From NCBI GenBank assembly GCA_964016885.1, contig OZ024741.1, forward strand, positions 271,188,001 through 271,252,000: a stretch of 64,000 nucleotides of DNA. The letters run 5' to 3'. Every line of letters begins with the position of its first letter. The stretch's first letter is position 1. Positions 27,773 to 41,285 of the stretch are shown here, piece by piece. The DNA comes from Eledone cirrhosa (lineage: Eukaryota). The notes below the pieces were generated by a model, which had not been told where the DNA came from, searched no databases, and saw only the letters and a list, made by a program, of their open reading frames with translations. The position numbers and the translations under genes are program-made.

Positions 27773-28050
27773 CACACATATATATATATATGAGAAGTTG
27801 TGTGTTTGCGTATGTATGTATATGTATATATATATATAAATATATATACAGACACACACACACAACTCCTCTCTCTCTTTCTTTCTCCAGCACCACACAC
27901 TCACAGACACACAGACACACAATGTCGACATGTGGTGGGGTGGGGTGGGGAGAAAGAATAAAGCTTTGATTGATATATGGAGTAGAGTGTGGTGGGGGTG
28001 ATTGTTGTAGTTCGGATGGTGTTCTCTGTTGTCTGGGCTATAAATTGAAT

Positions 28051-28084
<34 letters not shown>

Positions 28085-28129
28085 TCTCTCTCTCTCTCTG
28101 CCTATCTATCTATCTGTCTGTCTGTCGAG

Positions 28130-28790
28130 CTCTACCCGTTCGAGAGATCTCCAGGCACGGACATTGAAACCGTCCTGCACGCAATTGTACACTGCCCGGG
28201 CGTAACCGACCTGTGCTACTATGCAGAACAACTGCTGTCGCGTATGGGACAAATCCAGATGACTGCCGAGTCCATTGTAAGGATTAAACCGCCAGCCTCT
28301 TTAAAAAACGAAAGAGAGGCGGTTTTCCTCTGTACAGTGGCTATGGTGAAAGAGGTTATATGATGGACGAGGTTGAGAGGACTGAGGACAGATGCCTTTC
28401 TCTCCGGACAACAATTGATTCCCTTCTTTAAGTATCACTTTAGAAGGAGAATCAGAGTGGAGAAAGAGGCACTGCACCCCAACAAATTTACTGAAAGGTG
28501 GGTGAATGAAGCGAAAATGGCCCGAGTGATTGTGCCTTCTTTGTTTATAAGCCTGTGGGTTACAGAAGAGAGCAAAAGGAAGAAAGGAGCACTTGCACAA
28601 CACGCTCCTGAAGTTGAGGGTTGTTCTATCGACGGGGTATTAAACAACCCATTTGTGGAGCCTCCTCCCTATTGGGGATTTCGATTGTTATAATTGTTTA
28701 TTTCAATATTTTTACACGACTGTATGTAAAATCCCCGGCATGTCTTTGTATTGTCTCCTTTTCTTGTGCGCCCTTGTGGCAAATAAAGAA
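28130..28790 (+). mobile_element. L1/Tx1-like LINE 3' fragment
   Basis: ETVLHAIVHCP...WTRLRGLRTDAFLSGQQLIPFFKYHFRRRIRVEKE...ERWV, ending with aataaa before (TATC)n; homolog of 1735-2275. Confidence 0.65.
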
Positions 28791-28824
28791 ATATATCTAT
28801 CTATCATCTATCTATCTATCTATG

Positions 28825-29870
28825 TAGGTATTTGGTACTCTTTTGCTCAAAGGCATTGCCACACTCTTCTTCCCATGGGACTATGAGTTCAATCAGAATC
28901 ATCTTTTTATCCTTTCGACCAAAGCACTACATATGGCCTCAGGGATGTTTGAACAACCCGGTGGAACTACAACCTACCTCCCAGATCAACCCTCATATTC
29001 CATGATTGGGCCGTTTGTCGTAAGCCACTTGTTCTAATTGGTAGATGGCTTCTCTCCCTCTTTTATAAACTTGATTTTGTGTGTGTGACAGCTCACACCT
29101 ATGCAGGTTTAGCTGGCCTCCTCCAAGGTATATCTCGTTGGAGGTGTCTTGGGTGATTTTAATAATAGGGACCCCAGTCCTATCATCTCATTTCTACAGC
29201 TGAGTAAACTGGAGCAACGTGAAATAAAGTGTCTTGCTCAAGGAAAAAACACATCACTCGGTCTCAGAATTGAACTCACAACCTTTCGATTGCAAGCCCA
29301 ATGCTCTAACCACTAAGCCAAGCGCCTTCACTTGATTGATAGTATTGGTTTCTTCCGTGTTTGGTGTTCCCTGTGTCTCTTTTGGTTCAAAGTGTTGGCA
29401 GTGCTATAGCCACCCTATCGTAGCGCCAACCATATCTCCCTTAGGCAAGAGCTTTTTTACACCTTGATAAAAGGTGTCTCTTTTACCGCAGTGCTAACAC
29501 GATTCAACCACACTCGTGCTCCAACTGTGCAGATTTGTTGGGGTTTGTAACATATCATAAACCGATTGCAGCAACGGGAGGAGATTGGAAAAGGTACCAA
29601 TCGCTATAAATCTTCCTCAGTAACCTTTCTCTTGGGTAAGTTCCATATATTCCAGGTACCCTGGGATGCTAGTTCCACAACCCTTGATTTCAGTCGTTCC
29701 CCCTCCTGGTGCTTCACTTCTTCTTGGATCATGGACCTCCTCTCCTCTTTGTCAGCTTTTCCTCATAGCTGGAAATGGGAAGTTCCAAGACTCTCTCTTG
29801 CTGTGTATGTTATTCCGATGATGTCGGGTAGCTTCAGTATATTTTCTGTTTCTGAGACAGAAGCATCAGT
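28825..29870 (-). mobile_element. Hero-clade (R2 superfamily) non-LTR retrotransposon fragment, interrupted by a SINE
   Basis: Manual translation of the minus strand gives ETENILKLPDIIG, ERRSMIQEEVKHQEGERLKSRVVELASQGTW, DMLQTPTNLHSW, then TSLRPYVVLWS and MILIELIVPWEEECGNAFEQKSTKY (RLE motif). Not in the ORF track because of stops and frameshifts. Confidence 0.8.
29170..29330 (-). mobile_element. tRNA-derived SINE, family B (CORE-like)
   Basis: Minus strand tggcttagtggttagagc..gagttcaattc..ccttgagcaagacactttatttcacgttgctccagtttactcagctg. Confidence 0.85.
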
Positions 29871-30043
29871 GTGTTGTAATGTCTATATAATAGAGAAGAA
29901 TGGAGTTAAAATTAGGAGCAACATCGACAGATATAAGTGTCGATGTATATAATTCAGGACCACGGTGGCTGCGCTCCGGCCGTTTCAACAGCTAGATCCG
30001 AACTTTTCATACACACACAAACAAACACATGTATATGTATATA

Positions 30044-30127
<84 letters not shown>

Positions 30128-30129
<2 letters not shown>

Positions 30130-30430
30130 AAGAAAAAAAGATGAAATCGAAAATGCAACTGGAGTCTTATTTAAAAAAAAATATATATATTTATTTGGTT
30201 CCTTTACCGGTCGGTTTCGCAGTTCTTTTGCTTTTCAAAAAGTAGAGTTGAGATGGGGGGGGGGGGTCTGTGGTTTTTCTCACATCGATAAAGGAACCAA
30301 ATAAATATATATATTTTTTTTAAAAATAAGACTCCAGTTGCATTTTCAATTTCATCTTTTTTTCTTTATACTTTCACTCGTGTAGGACACCTCGGTTATT
30401 TTTCATTTTGTAAAAAAACCTCACTTTCTA
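30128..30430. mobile_element. PLE pLTR-like fold-back (30128-30370) with hammerhead variant and tail
   Basis: Inverted arms; the minus strand reads TTGAAAA-gca..tgc-GAAAC..GGTA at ~30202-30242; single-arm copy at 6258-6475. Confidence 0.7.
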
Positions 30431-30449
30431 ATATATATATATATATATA

Positions 30450-30622
30450 TTTGAAAAAAAGGAAAAGAATGACTTCACTTGTAGTTCTAAACAATTTAAT
30501 TTAATTTTATAATATTATAATTATAATATTAAATCAAATTGTTTAGAACTACAAGTGAAGTCATTCTTTTCCTTTTTTTCAAATATACCTAACTGTACCA
30601 AGGATCTCACACATTTTCCAAT
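30450..30622. repeat. Fold-back palindrome (30450-30583) plus tail
   Basis: ttgaaaaaaaggaaaagaatgacttcacttgtagttctaaacaattt / aaattgtttagaactacaagtgaagtcattcttttcctttttttcaa; arm plus tail also at 19320-19393. Confidence 0.85.
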
Positions 30623-30644
30623 ATGTATGTATATATATACATTT

Positions 30645-31147
30645 TTCATGAAACGCCTGAGTACATAACATTTAAGAATCTCTGAAAGAAAAATGGAAGG
30701 TGTTTAGACCTGGCCAGTACTTTAAGAACATGTCACAGGTTTGTTCACGAACTCCTCCTATGGTTTTGGAGATAGACCCCCATAACCATATATATTCTGA
30801 AACTACATTGCCCATATTTTCATGTATTTATTATATTAAAAAATAAATAATTAAACTTTGAATTTCTAATTTGAAAATAATGCTTTACACAAAAATGAAA
30901 TGATCAAGTTTTGAATTGATATTTCGAAAAAAATTATTTACAAGAAACAAAATAAGAATAAGATTTAATAATGTAATTTTGATTTCATATATTACAAAAA
31001 ATAATGTTTTCCAATTTTTCATGCATTATATTTTATATTGAAATGCAGAGTTTTTCTCCATAAATTATAACACTGATTTAAAATCAATCATCATTTTCTT
31101 ACAAAAAAAATGTGTGAAACGCATCAAGGCGCGGGTAATTCGGCTAG

Positions 31148-31148
<1 letters not shown>
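30645..31148 (+). mobile_element. Helitron-like non-autonomous fragment
   Basis: Ends acgcatcaaggcgcgggtaattcggCTAG|T; the block at 30762-30813 recurs at 59671-59722. Confidence 0.45.
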
Positions 31149-31183
<35 letters not shown>

Positions 31184-31287
31184 GGTGTGTGTTGTATGTA
31201 TGTGTGCGTACACGAATGAATGTATATATTATATATGTATAAATATTAGAAGAAAGTTGTTTTTTATATATACCCACACACATATAC

Positions 31288-31324
<37 letters not shown>

Positions 31325-31482
31325 ACGTATTGCCCCAGTAGAAGAGGAGGCGCAGCAATACAGCCGCCGTATTTACAAAGCTGAAGTACTGAAGGTCACG
31401 TGGTTAATTGATTCAGTGCTACAAGACTGAGCTCACCTGTGCCCGGCTGGTTGGCTGAAGTGTGCGTATAAATGTGTTTATA

Positions 31483-31630
<148 letters not shown>

Positions 31631-32565
31631 TGGGTATATAAAATAACTTACTTTATTATATATACATATATATATATTTATACTTTTAAACATATATATA
31701 TATATATATGCGGTGTGTATATAAAATAACTTACTGTATTATATATACGTATACATATATATATATATATTTATACTTTTAGACATATATGTATGAAATC
31801 CTTTGCTTTTATTTCTTTTCACACTTTCTTTTGGATTTGACTTTCGTATTAAGTTTTTTAAAGTAGGTTATGTTTTATGCCTTCAATAAATATTTGTAAT
31901 TTCAAATGTTTCAGGGTGGGTTTGTTTGGGGCTAAAGGTGATTACAGAGATGTCGGTTCGTCAGGCGGGAGGGCGTCGTAGCGTTTTTAAACAAATATAT
32001 CTGTTAGTTGCGAGAATGTGTCTGGTTGGTGTAGATTATTACGCAATGGGGTCGCAGTCGCCGCAGATAATAATAAATATTTATTGTTTAGTCTTATACA
32101 GAAACTGTGTAATGTGACTACTGCAGCTTGAAAGAGTCTGTCTCCCTTACATTGGTATTTAGAGCGGGTTAATGATTAGGTTTATGTAGATTGAGTCAGG
32201 AAATATGGATGCTGTCTGATGTAGGAATTATAGATAACGTCTTATATATAACATAGATATTTAGTTTGTAATTGTCTTTGTTCTATTGAGTGTAATAGTT
32301 ACAAGTTTGGCATTCAATGGTCTTATCCCTGGGCGTTTCGTTTATTGTTGGCTTTGTTTTCGGAGTGTATTATTTAAGTATAGGGACGTTCAGTGATTAC
32401 TGTGTCTCAACATTCTTTTAAACTTAATTAGATTGCTCTCTGCAAAACATAGATATGTAGTTTCCTGTATGTAGTGTGCAACACTCTGAGGTCTTGGATA
32501 TTTTGCTCTAATTCTCTCATAGAGCCACGTGATCGTTATATATTATATATCGACTTCTTTTGATT

Positions 32566-32597
<32 letters not shown>

Positions 32598-32825
32598 CAG
32601 AGGCTGACTGGGTATAAAAATATTGGTTGCCAGGAGATGAAGGGGGCCCACCTACATATAGAATGCTATCATTTAATTTTTATAATGAATAAATAACATT
32701 TTCGAAAAATACATAAGTGGAAACAAAATAGTGCAATCAAATTTTTGCGGAAAAATATCTTACCTTCTCCAATAAAAAATATTATATATTTTGCGAAATC
32801 AAGAGACTTTCGATAATGTCCAGCA

Positions 32826-33268
32826 GTCGACCCTAAATATTACTAATAAGTCTAGGAAAGCCTTGAACGACACCTCAATTTTTAAACTTTGATTTTGAAA
32901 GTAGGTTTATAATTATCAATTTTCATTGTACTTTTGTAGCTGTCTCGGTGGCCTACTTGGAGGAATCATAGACGGCGGTGATTCTAGTCTGAAGATCGAT
33001 CCTGGTCGGGTTCCCACTAACCTTTTCCGTTTTTTTCTATGAGTTGTAAAATAAAAACTGTAAAAGGCTGCATGTACCTCTTGACCAGGATTGAACTCAG
33101 GGCCAAGTTCTTCACCGTCTCTAGTACCTACTGCTAGGCCACAGAGACAACTACGAAAATCTTATGAAAATTCATACTTATCAACCTACTTTCAAAATTT
33201 CCAAAACAAAGTGTTGTGGTGTCGTTCATGTCTTCCTTAATGTTATTGGTCTTACTTATGGTCGATTT
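32826..33268. repeat. Diverged inverted repeat whose inner ends are tRNA-like
   Basis: Arms ~32826-33010 and ~33082-33268 (tgaacgacacc/ggtgtcgttca; tttgaaagtaggtt/aacctactttcaaa; gtctcggtggccta/taggccacagagac; atcctggtc/gaccaggat). Confidence 0.65.
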
Positions 33269-34318
33269 CTAAACCATTTGGGTGTTCCATAAACTACATC
33301 ATCGTTTTGTTTCACATCTATCTAGACTACGTTTTAACCTTTAATCCATGTTTCATTTCTGTTCCTCCTCATTTCCTCCCATCTCTCCCCCCCCCCTCTC
33401 TCTCTCCCCCCATCTCTTCACCCCCTCTCTCTCTCTCCCCCCTCTCTCTCTCTCTCTTTCTCTCTGTGATATTTGAATCTACTATGATTTGGGCTTACAT
33501 TATTCCTATATATATGTTTTTGCATGTCAGTTAGATTCAAACTTACAATGATATATGTATGTATCTTTGTAGATGTGCGTGGGACTGTAGGTAATAATCG
33601 CATATTTGTAATAGTGTATATGAGCCAGCGCGTGTGTGTGTGTATGTGCACCCAATGTAGAGTAAGGGCTTGTTTTTGTGTATACATATGTATATATATA
33701 TATATATACATATATATGTGTGTTTGCGAGCGAGTCTGTATGTGCGTGTGCGTGTCTATGTATATGTCTGTACGTGTTTGTCTATACGAGTAGATATATG
33801 CGTATGCATGTGTGTGCGCCTGTGTGTGTGTGTGAGTTGATGTACGTGGGCATGTAGGCAGGCGTCTGTGGACGCGTATGTCTATAGTTTTATGGGTTCT
33901 CTTTAGGTGCGTATGTAGAGCGGGAGTATATGCGTACGGATGTTGTTATTTATATGATTGTGTGCGTGTGTGTGTGTGTGTGAGTGTGTATATATATATG
34001 TGTGTGTGAGTGCGCGCGTGGACGTGTGAACTACCAAACCCAACAGGGATTCATTGAAGTGTGGCAGAAAAAAGGACAGTCAGTTAGACAGTACCTGTTG
34101 GTCAAAATTTATGATGACGTAGAAAAACAACAGCCAATAGCAGGACGAGCGAAGAGGATGTTTTTTGACACTATCACCCAGTGAGAAAATTTGATCCGAA
34201 GTCATTAGAAGTGTCCGTCGAACCTGCAGATCCAGAATCAGACAGATCCACACAATGATCGTGTCTCGAGCTGTCTGCCGGCGAAACTGAGTTCAGATGC
34301 ATCACTGATTTTTCGTTT

Positions 34319-34415
<97 letters not shown>

Positions 34416-34661
34416 AAAGAATAGAGGTGTAACACACAAGTTATTATATATTGGTAAACGGAATAGAAAATGCTGACAAATTGTTCACAGTTGAAAAATG
34501 GTTTAATAAGAATTAAAGAGTATTAGTGATTGTATGGGTTAGTATTCAGTTGTGGTTTTAAGTTTTTACCGGTTGCGCATTTCTAAATGCTTTTCAAAAA
34601 TAATTTTGAGATAGAGTGTCCGTGCTGTTTGCTCTAATCTGATTAGTTTTGGGAATTCTAC

Positions 34662-34880
34662 CTGTTTTTATGTTAAAAAAGTGGCTCCAATTTGCAAAAA
34701 TTCTTGTGGTCAAAACAATTTTGATTGGTCGGTAGAGGTCATGTGAATGTAAAAAATTGATTTTGCGCCAAGACTGTTTTTATGTTAAAAAAGTCGCTCC
34801 AGCAAAAATTCTTGTGGTCAAAACAATTTTGATTGGTCGGTAGAGGTCATGTGAATAAAAAATTGGTTTTGCGCCAAGAT
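34662..34880. repeat. ~110-bp tandem duplication
   Basis: ctgtttttatgttaaaaaagt..gcaaaaattcttgtggtcaaaac..ttttgcgccaaga occurs twice. Confidence 0.9.
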
Positions 34881-34904
34881 TGAGAAATGACTCTTTCACA
34901 ACAA

Positions 34905-34963
<59 letters not shown>

Positions 34964-35037
34964 GTAGTAGTAGTAAGGTGTTCGATGTTGTGATAATGGT
35001 TAGCAGCAATGTGTGTCAGCATTTTCTATTCCGTTTA

Positions 35038-35092
<55 letters not shown>

Positions 35093-35550
35093 CACCTTCA
35101 CCACTAATTGATTTGACAGATGTCTTTAACCCATTGATACCAAATATTATTTGGTCAGTAGTTCGTGTGTAAGTACATAAATATAGATAGATATATGTGT
35201 GCTTGTGTGTCTGTGTCTATATATGTATGTTTGCATGCATGAATGAATACACTAAGCTTCAGATTTAATACAATGTACAACCACTGATTCCAACTATTTG
35301 CACTATCGTATATTTTGGTTTCTAGTAATTCGTTGGAGAATTGGTTGACCAAATGCTTTGCTCAATTGTTTTATTTATTTTTTTTTAAGTTTTATTCTTT
35401 CTCTTAGATTTCAGGTATTTTTTTGAAAGTCTAAAATACTACAGTTGCCCCTGCAATGCTACTGTGGGCTCTTGCAATGCTACCATGGGCAACCTGGCAA
35501 CCTGGCAACCTGGCCAGTCCGCTACTATATATATACATATATATATACAC

Positions 35551-35644
<94 letters not shown>

Positions 35645-35740
35645 TGAGACAGTAAACAAAAAACAAAACAACAACGTGGAAGCGAAGAGGCAGTACAAAT
35701 GTTAATATTAGTTTTACGCTTGAGAAGGGGGTGGGTGGGA

Positions 35741-35775
35741 GGACGACGTTTCGAGCATAAGCCCTTCATCAGGAG
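35741..35775 (-). ncRNA. Hammerhead-like motif (PLE type, stem I decayed)
   Basis: Minus strand CTGATGAA-gggc ttat gctc-GAAACGTC. Confidence 0.55.
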
Positions 35776-36448
35776 AAAAGTGGGCAGGAAAAGAGTTCCG
35801 AGGGTGTGAGGGGGAGTGGTGGAAAGACATTAAAAAAAAGGGGGGGGGAGAAATCTTCGCTGTCAATTTCTTATATTCAGTCTTTGATACTGGCAGGTGT
35901 GGTGTTGTATTGGTAGTCCGCCTGATTGTTGTTTGTTGGTCGGTGGATGGTGGACACGCTATATGCACTGACACCTCACCATCCCACTACTCTAGTATAG
36001 AAGAACTGCCTCGACCTTTGTCTGACCGCAGCTATTCACCGCGCACGCGCGCCCAACAGAGTAGTTTAGTTTACTTCAGTTGTACACACACGGTAGACAA
36101 CAGAGGCCACGTGTTGTTCCTCTCCGACTACCTCCCCCCCCCCCCCGCTCCTCGGAAAACCTCCAGTTGATGGATGCGAAATCCGAAATATAGGGACAAT
36201 TAAATCACTTCCAAGGTAACTCTATCTCGCGTTATTATTTTTACGCCCTTTCCTACGTTCCTCTACATCTTATACGTCTCATTCTACCTTCCTCTTACAT
36301 CTCTCTCATTACCCCCTGGTTCTGTTACCCGGAGAGATTTACCCATCAGCATTGTTGAGGCTTCCAAAACAACCAATTTTATTATTCCACAATGCTTCAA
36401 GCACACTTCAACACTCTATTATATATACGATTTCGCTGAAATTATATT

Positions 36449-36484
<36 letters not shown>

Positions 36485-36533
36485 TGTATGTATATCTACA
36501 TATATATATATATACATATATATACATATATAT

Positions 36534-36672
<139 letters not shown>

Positions 36673-37024
36673 GGATGTTAAACCACCAACGTGAAGATAA
36701 TATAAGCTAAGAGAGGTATAGGAAAAACATTATAATTAAAAGTATAAATTAAAGTGAGAAACCAGCCTCATAACTAAGTCACACATGTACAAACTCACTG
36801 GGAGATTGTTTCGCCATATAGTGGGTTCCAAATCGGCCTAGTGGGTCATCAGCATGTGCAAAGACCGATATTGTCAGCACTACTAAAGAGAGAACTATAG
36901 TAAACCACCTGTCACACGTGAAATACGTGCACGAGGCAGTAACCGGTGGTATGAACAGAACAAGATGCTAAAGATGGCAGCCTAACCCGTTCAATTTATG
37001 GTGCTCGACAGCAGAGCATGGAGA

Positions 37025-37166
37025 AAATATCAAGTAAAATGACGGAGTAAAGGACTCACGTATAATCCTGTAATCAAATGAGCTCAAAGGAAAACTCTTT
37101 CCTTTGAGCTCATTTGATTACAGGATTATACGTGAGTCCCTTACTCCGTCATTTTACTTGATATTT
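37025..37166. repeat. Near-perfect ~142-bp palindrome adjacent to (TA)n
   Basis: aaatatcaagtaaaatgacggagtaaaggactcacgtataatcctgtaatcaaatgagctcaaagga / tcctttgagctcatttgattacaggattatacgtgagtccctttactccgtcattttacttgatattt. Confidence 0.9.
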
Positions 37167-37382
37167 ATATATAAATATATATATAGGTCTCCAAAGCGAT
37201 GGGGACGCAGAGAAACTGTTCGTACGGCTGTTGGCAACACTGTTGTGATCGGTGTTTCCTTCACTCCCAAACAAGCATGTGCGCGCTTCGCTGGGATGCT
37301 CAATCTTGGCTTGGCAGCCGTTGAGAATGGAGCTCCCGTTGAACGGTAACGCCAGGTGCGAATTTTGCGCAGTTATTATATA

Positions 37383-37558
37383 CGAGGGAAATCCCAAAAG
37401 AAAGGTCTCCTTCCGAGGAAAACATGCGTAAAGATCGGCGGATCACTCTGGATGCTCTCTGCATTTTGGTTCCTGAGGTTTCCCGAAGCACCATCCCCAG
37501 GATTTTAAAGGAAAAGTTGCAATATCGGAAGGAAACCTTACTTTTGGGATTGCCCTCG
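37383..37558 (+). mobile_element. Mariner-derived MITE (176 bp)
   Basis: TA-cgagggaaatcccaaaag...cttttgggattgccctcg-TA; the interior translates EENMRKDRRITLDAL..EVSRSTIPRILKEKLQYRK (mariner HTH). Confidence 0.85.
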
Positions 37559-37869
37559 TATATAATATATATATATATATAGATATGTAATTTTTTATGA
37601 TTCAGTGTTAAAAAATAAAAAGTAATGATAGAATAAAAATATATATTTTTTTTAATGTGGCCTCCGAAAGTGTGAGACCCTAAGCTATAGCTTATTTAGT
37701 TTATAGGTATCCAGCACTAGCATCACTTCATACTTCTGATACTTTTATTATCATTGAAAGGATATTTAAGTGATAATGTGAAACATGTATCATATCCCCA
37801 AAGTGAGTGAAAACACAGCACAATCTTTTACATAAGCAATACCAATGGAAATTTTATCAGTTTTATTTT

Positions 37870-38070
37870 TGTCTTTAGTTCCATATGAATGTAGTCTGAA
37901 GTACTCATTTGTCCCTAGTTCCATTTTCACGTAGTCTGGAGAACCCATTTTCCCCCAGGTCCATCTTTATGTAATCTGAAGAACCAATTTGCCTGTAGTT
38001 CCATCTTCACGTAGTTTGAAGAACCCATTTGTCCTTAGTTCCATCTTCTTGTAGTTTGAAGAACCCTGAA
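37870..38070. repeat. ~40-bp degenerate minisatellite, about 5 copies
   Basis: Unit gttccatcttcacgtagtttgaagaacccatttgtcctta. Confidence 0.85.
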
Positions 38071-38959
38071 TCAGAATCTCTTGCGTCTGTTGTAACATTA
38101 TCTTTAACCATTTGTCCTAAAATTTCGGTTGTATCATATTATTTATCTGGAGAACAGTATAAATAGTTTTGGAAATGTCAGATAAATTTCAGTAGACATT
38201 TTGTCTTTTTTCCAGATTATGTGAAATGAGATTTATGAGTCTCAACCCATTGTGTTTTTTTTTTTTGTATATTTTTTGTTTCTTTCGAAACATTTTCGTA
38301 GTTTATCAAAATGGCAGTTAATTTAACATTTATGATGCCAACACAGCCCAAACTACCCTAGTTCTATGAAACAAAACCCCCACTCATTTTAAAGGATTCC
38401 TATTTAAATTCATATCGTCCAACATAATTTTATATAAGACCCATATTTTAAGTTACTATCTTAGTAATGAAAGAAATGATAATTTTAGTAAATCCCTGGA
38501 AATTATTCATTATTTAATTGAAATAGTGTATTCTTATTTAAATTCATATCTTCCAACATAATTTTATATAAGAATCATATTTTAAGTTATTATCTTAGAA
38601 ATGAAATAAATAATAATTTTAGTAAATCCCTCGAAATTGTGTATTTCATTAGAAATATAGTTAAGAGAGGGTTAATACTAAACCAGTTCATATAAACCAA
38701 CATCTGTTTTGTTCAGGAGAAGTGCTTGATATTAATGGAAGGATGGTGGATTGGCAGAAGCAGTGGTGCGTCGGATAAAATATCATTGAGGTATTTCTTC
38801 ATGGAGATTAGAAGAACTACAATTCTCATATTCTCATATTCTATCCAAATAAACGTAGCTTCTCAATATATATATATATATATATATATGTATAGGAAAA
38901 TGTTTAAGACTCCGACGGCGGAGCTCGTGCCGTTTCGACGGCTATTTCTGGACTCTGTT

Positions 38960-41215
38960 ACATACACATTTTCTCGGATCATAACTTAGTAGAACTAATG
39001 ATATGTGGTCCGAGAAACCCAACAGAGACACAACCATCAAGAAGCACCGGGACCTTATCCAGCCTTAACTTTTACGAGGCTAACTGGAAAAAGATCAAGC
39101 GAGAAATCCGGAAGCAAATATGGAGCGACAACATCGCCACACAAGACACCAACACATATTTTCAACACTCCATGACAACAATACAAACTATATGCCAAAA
39201 GTTTGTCCCGGAGAAAAAGGCCAACAGACACAAAAATCTTATTCCCAGAGATAGAAAAATCCTTTTGAGACGTAGAACTAAGCTCTCAAACCAGTTGAAT
39301 GCACAACAAGAAAACAAAAGCAAAAACAAGAAGGAATCCTATTTGAAACGTGCACTACTTGACATCGAGATTGCACTCAAACTTTCCGATGAAAATGAGA
39401 GGGCAAAGAAAGAAAGCAGAGCCATAGAAAATATTAAAACAAAGCCTAAGGCCTTCTTTAAATTTGCAAAAGAGACTGCCTCAGTACACTGCAAGATTGG
39501 GCCACACTTCCATAAAGACGGTTCATTAACCTAGAATCCAAAAGAGATAAGTGAAATACTGAACGAACAGTACAAAAGTGTGTTCACATGTCCACTGAGG
39601 CACATGCAAATAACAAAGCCAGAGGATTTCTTTGATGCCACAACACTCCATGAAGAAATGGTGATCATCAACCACATAGACATAACGGAGGAGGATGTGG
39701 TATACGCCATAGATGAAATTAGAACAGACTCAGCTGTTGGACCTGATGGATTCCCAGCAGTCCTCTTAAAACATGTAAGCGGGCCTTAGCAATTCCCCTG
39801 ACGACGCTCTTTAGAAGCTCCTTGACTAGCGGTAGACTACCCGGGGAGCTGAAAGAAGGCACAATATGCCCTATCCATAAAGGAGGTAGCAGAGCGGAGG
39901 CCAAAAACTATAGGCCATTCTACCTGACGTCACTTATCAGTAAGGTCATGGAGCGAATCATCAGAAAGAAACTGATCACTTTCCTTGAGGAAAATGACCG
40001 CCTGTTTAGCACGCAGCATAGCTTTCGCCCAGAAAGAAGCTGCCTTACACAGCTGCTATATCACTGCGACTGGGTACTGAAACAACTGCTAGACAGCGCA
40101 CATGTGGACGTGATATATCTTGACTTTGCGAAGGCCTTTGACAAGGTCGACCACGGAATGATATGTCACAAACTACACAGACTCGGCATAACTGCAAAAG
40201 TAGGTGAGTGGCTGCATGACTTCTTAAAGGACAGAAGCAAGACAGTCGCAGCAAACGGAACCCTCTCAAAGAAAACATCAATAACAAGTGGGGTGCCCCA
40301 AGGCACAGTCCTGGGACCACTACTGTTTTTGGTGGCTCTCTCAGACATGCCCTCTGTAGTACATACAACATCCCTCACCAGCTATGCTGATGACACTAAG
40401 GTAGCACAGGCAATCAAAAACCCGGCTGGCGCTGCCCTTTTAGATCTGGATGCCATATACAAATGGGCGGAAGACAACAACATGCTGGCAAATTCCAAGC
40501 CCTACAATACAAATCTGCAAACACAAATACAGTACAACACAGTTACGCCGAACCAGGAGGGACCGATATTCCCGTGTCGAAATCGATACGAGACCTGAGC
40601 GATGATGCATCTTTTTCCTCGCACATCATGAAAGTGGCGACAATGTGCAGACGACTCGCTGGCTGGATCTTGAGGACTTTCCGGACATGAGACCGAGACA
40701 CCACTATGGAGGACATTTGTCCTAAGCTGCCTGGACTATTGCTCCCAGTGGTGGTCATCCCATAGTGTCAAACTAACCACGGAGCTTGAGGCAATCCAGC
40801 GAAGCTACACCAAGAGGATTGCGACGATGAAGGAGATAAAATACTGGGAGAGGCTAAAAGAACTGAACCTCTACTCCTTGGAACGAAGACGGGAGTGATA
40901 GGCAGTGATCTACATGTGGAAAATCCTGGAGGGACTAGCACCAAACTTTGGCATTGGGAGCTGGACCAACCCCCGAACAGGACGTCACTGTGTGGTGCCA
41001 AAGGTCCCGTCTTCCACATCTAGAATAAGGAGCAGATATTGCAATAGTCTGAGGTTCAAGGGCCCTCAACTCTTCAACAGGCTGCTAGGGATCTGAGAGA
41101 TCTGCATGGGGTGGATGTGGATGTTTTCAAGAAACATCTCGACACCTTGCTATCCAGGATCCCGGATGAGCCCACAGCAAGACACGCGGGGAACCTAAGA
41201 GCAGCAGCCGGGTGG
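38960..41215 (+). mobile_element. CR1-group LINE, 5'-truncated decayed ORF2 (reverse transcriptase)
   Basis: SAVGPDGFP, NYRPFYLTSLISKVMERII, DVIYLDFAKAFDKVDH, SGVPQGTVLGPLLF, SYADDTK, IYMWKILEGLAPN; multiple stops and frameshifts. Confidence 0.93.
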
Positions 41216-41238
41216 CTGGAACAGGTAAAAGAGTAAAA

Positions 41239-41285
<47 letters not shown>

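Noticed and set aside
29255-29330. tRNA-like sequence (also 4140-4225 and 52520-52600)
   Set aside because: These are SINE heads continuing into SINE bodies; no complete cloverleaf.
31800-32560. Possible decayed PLE coding fragment on the minus strand
   Set aside because: Only vague Cys-containing words; no motif could be read with confidence.
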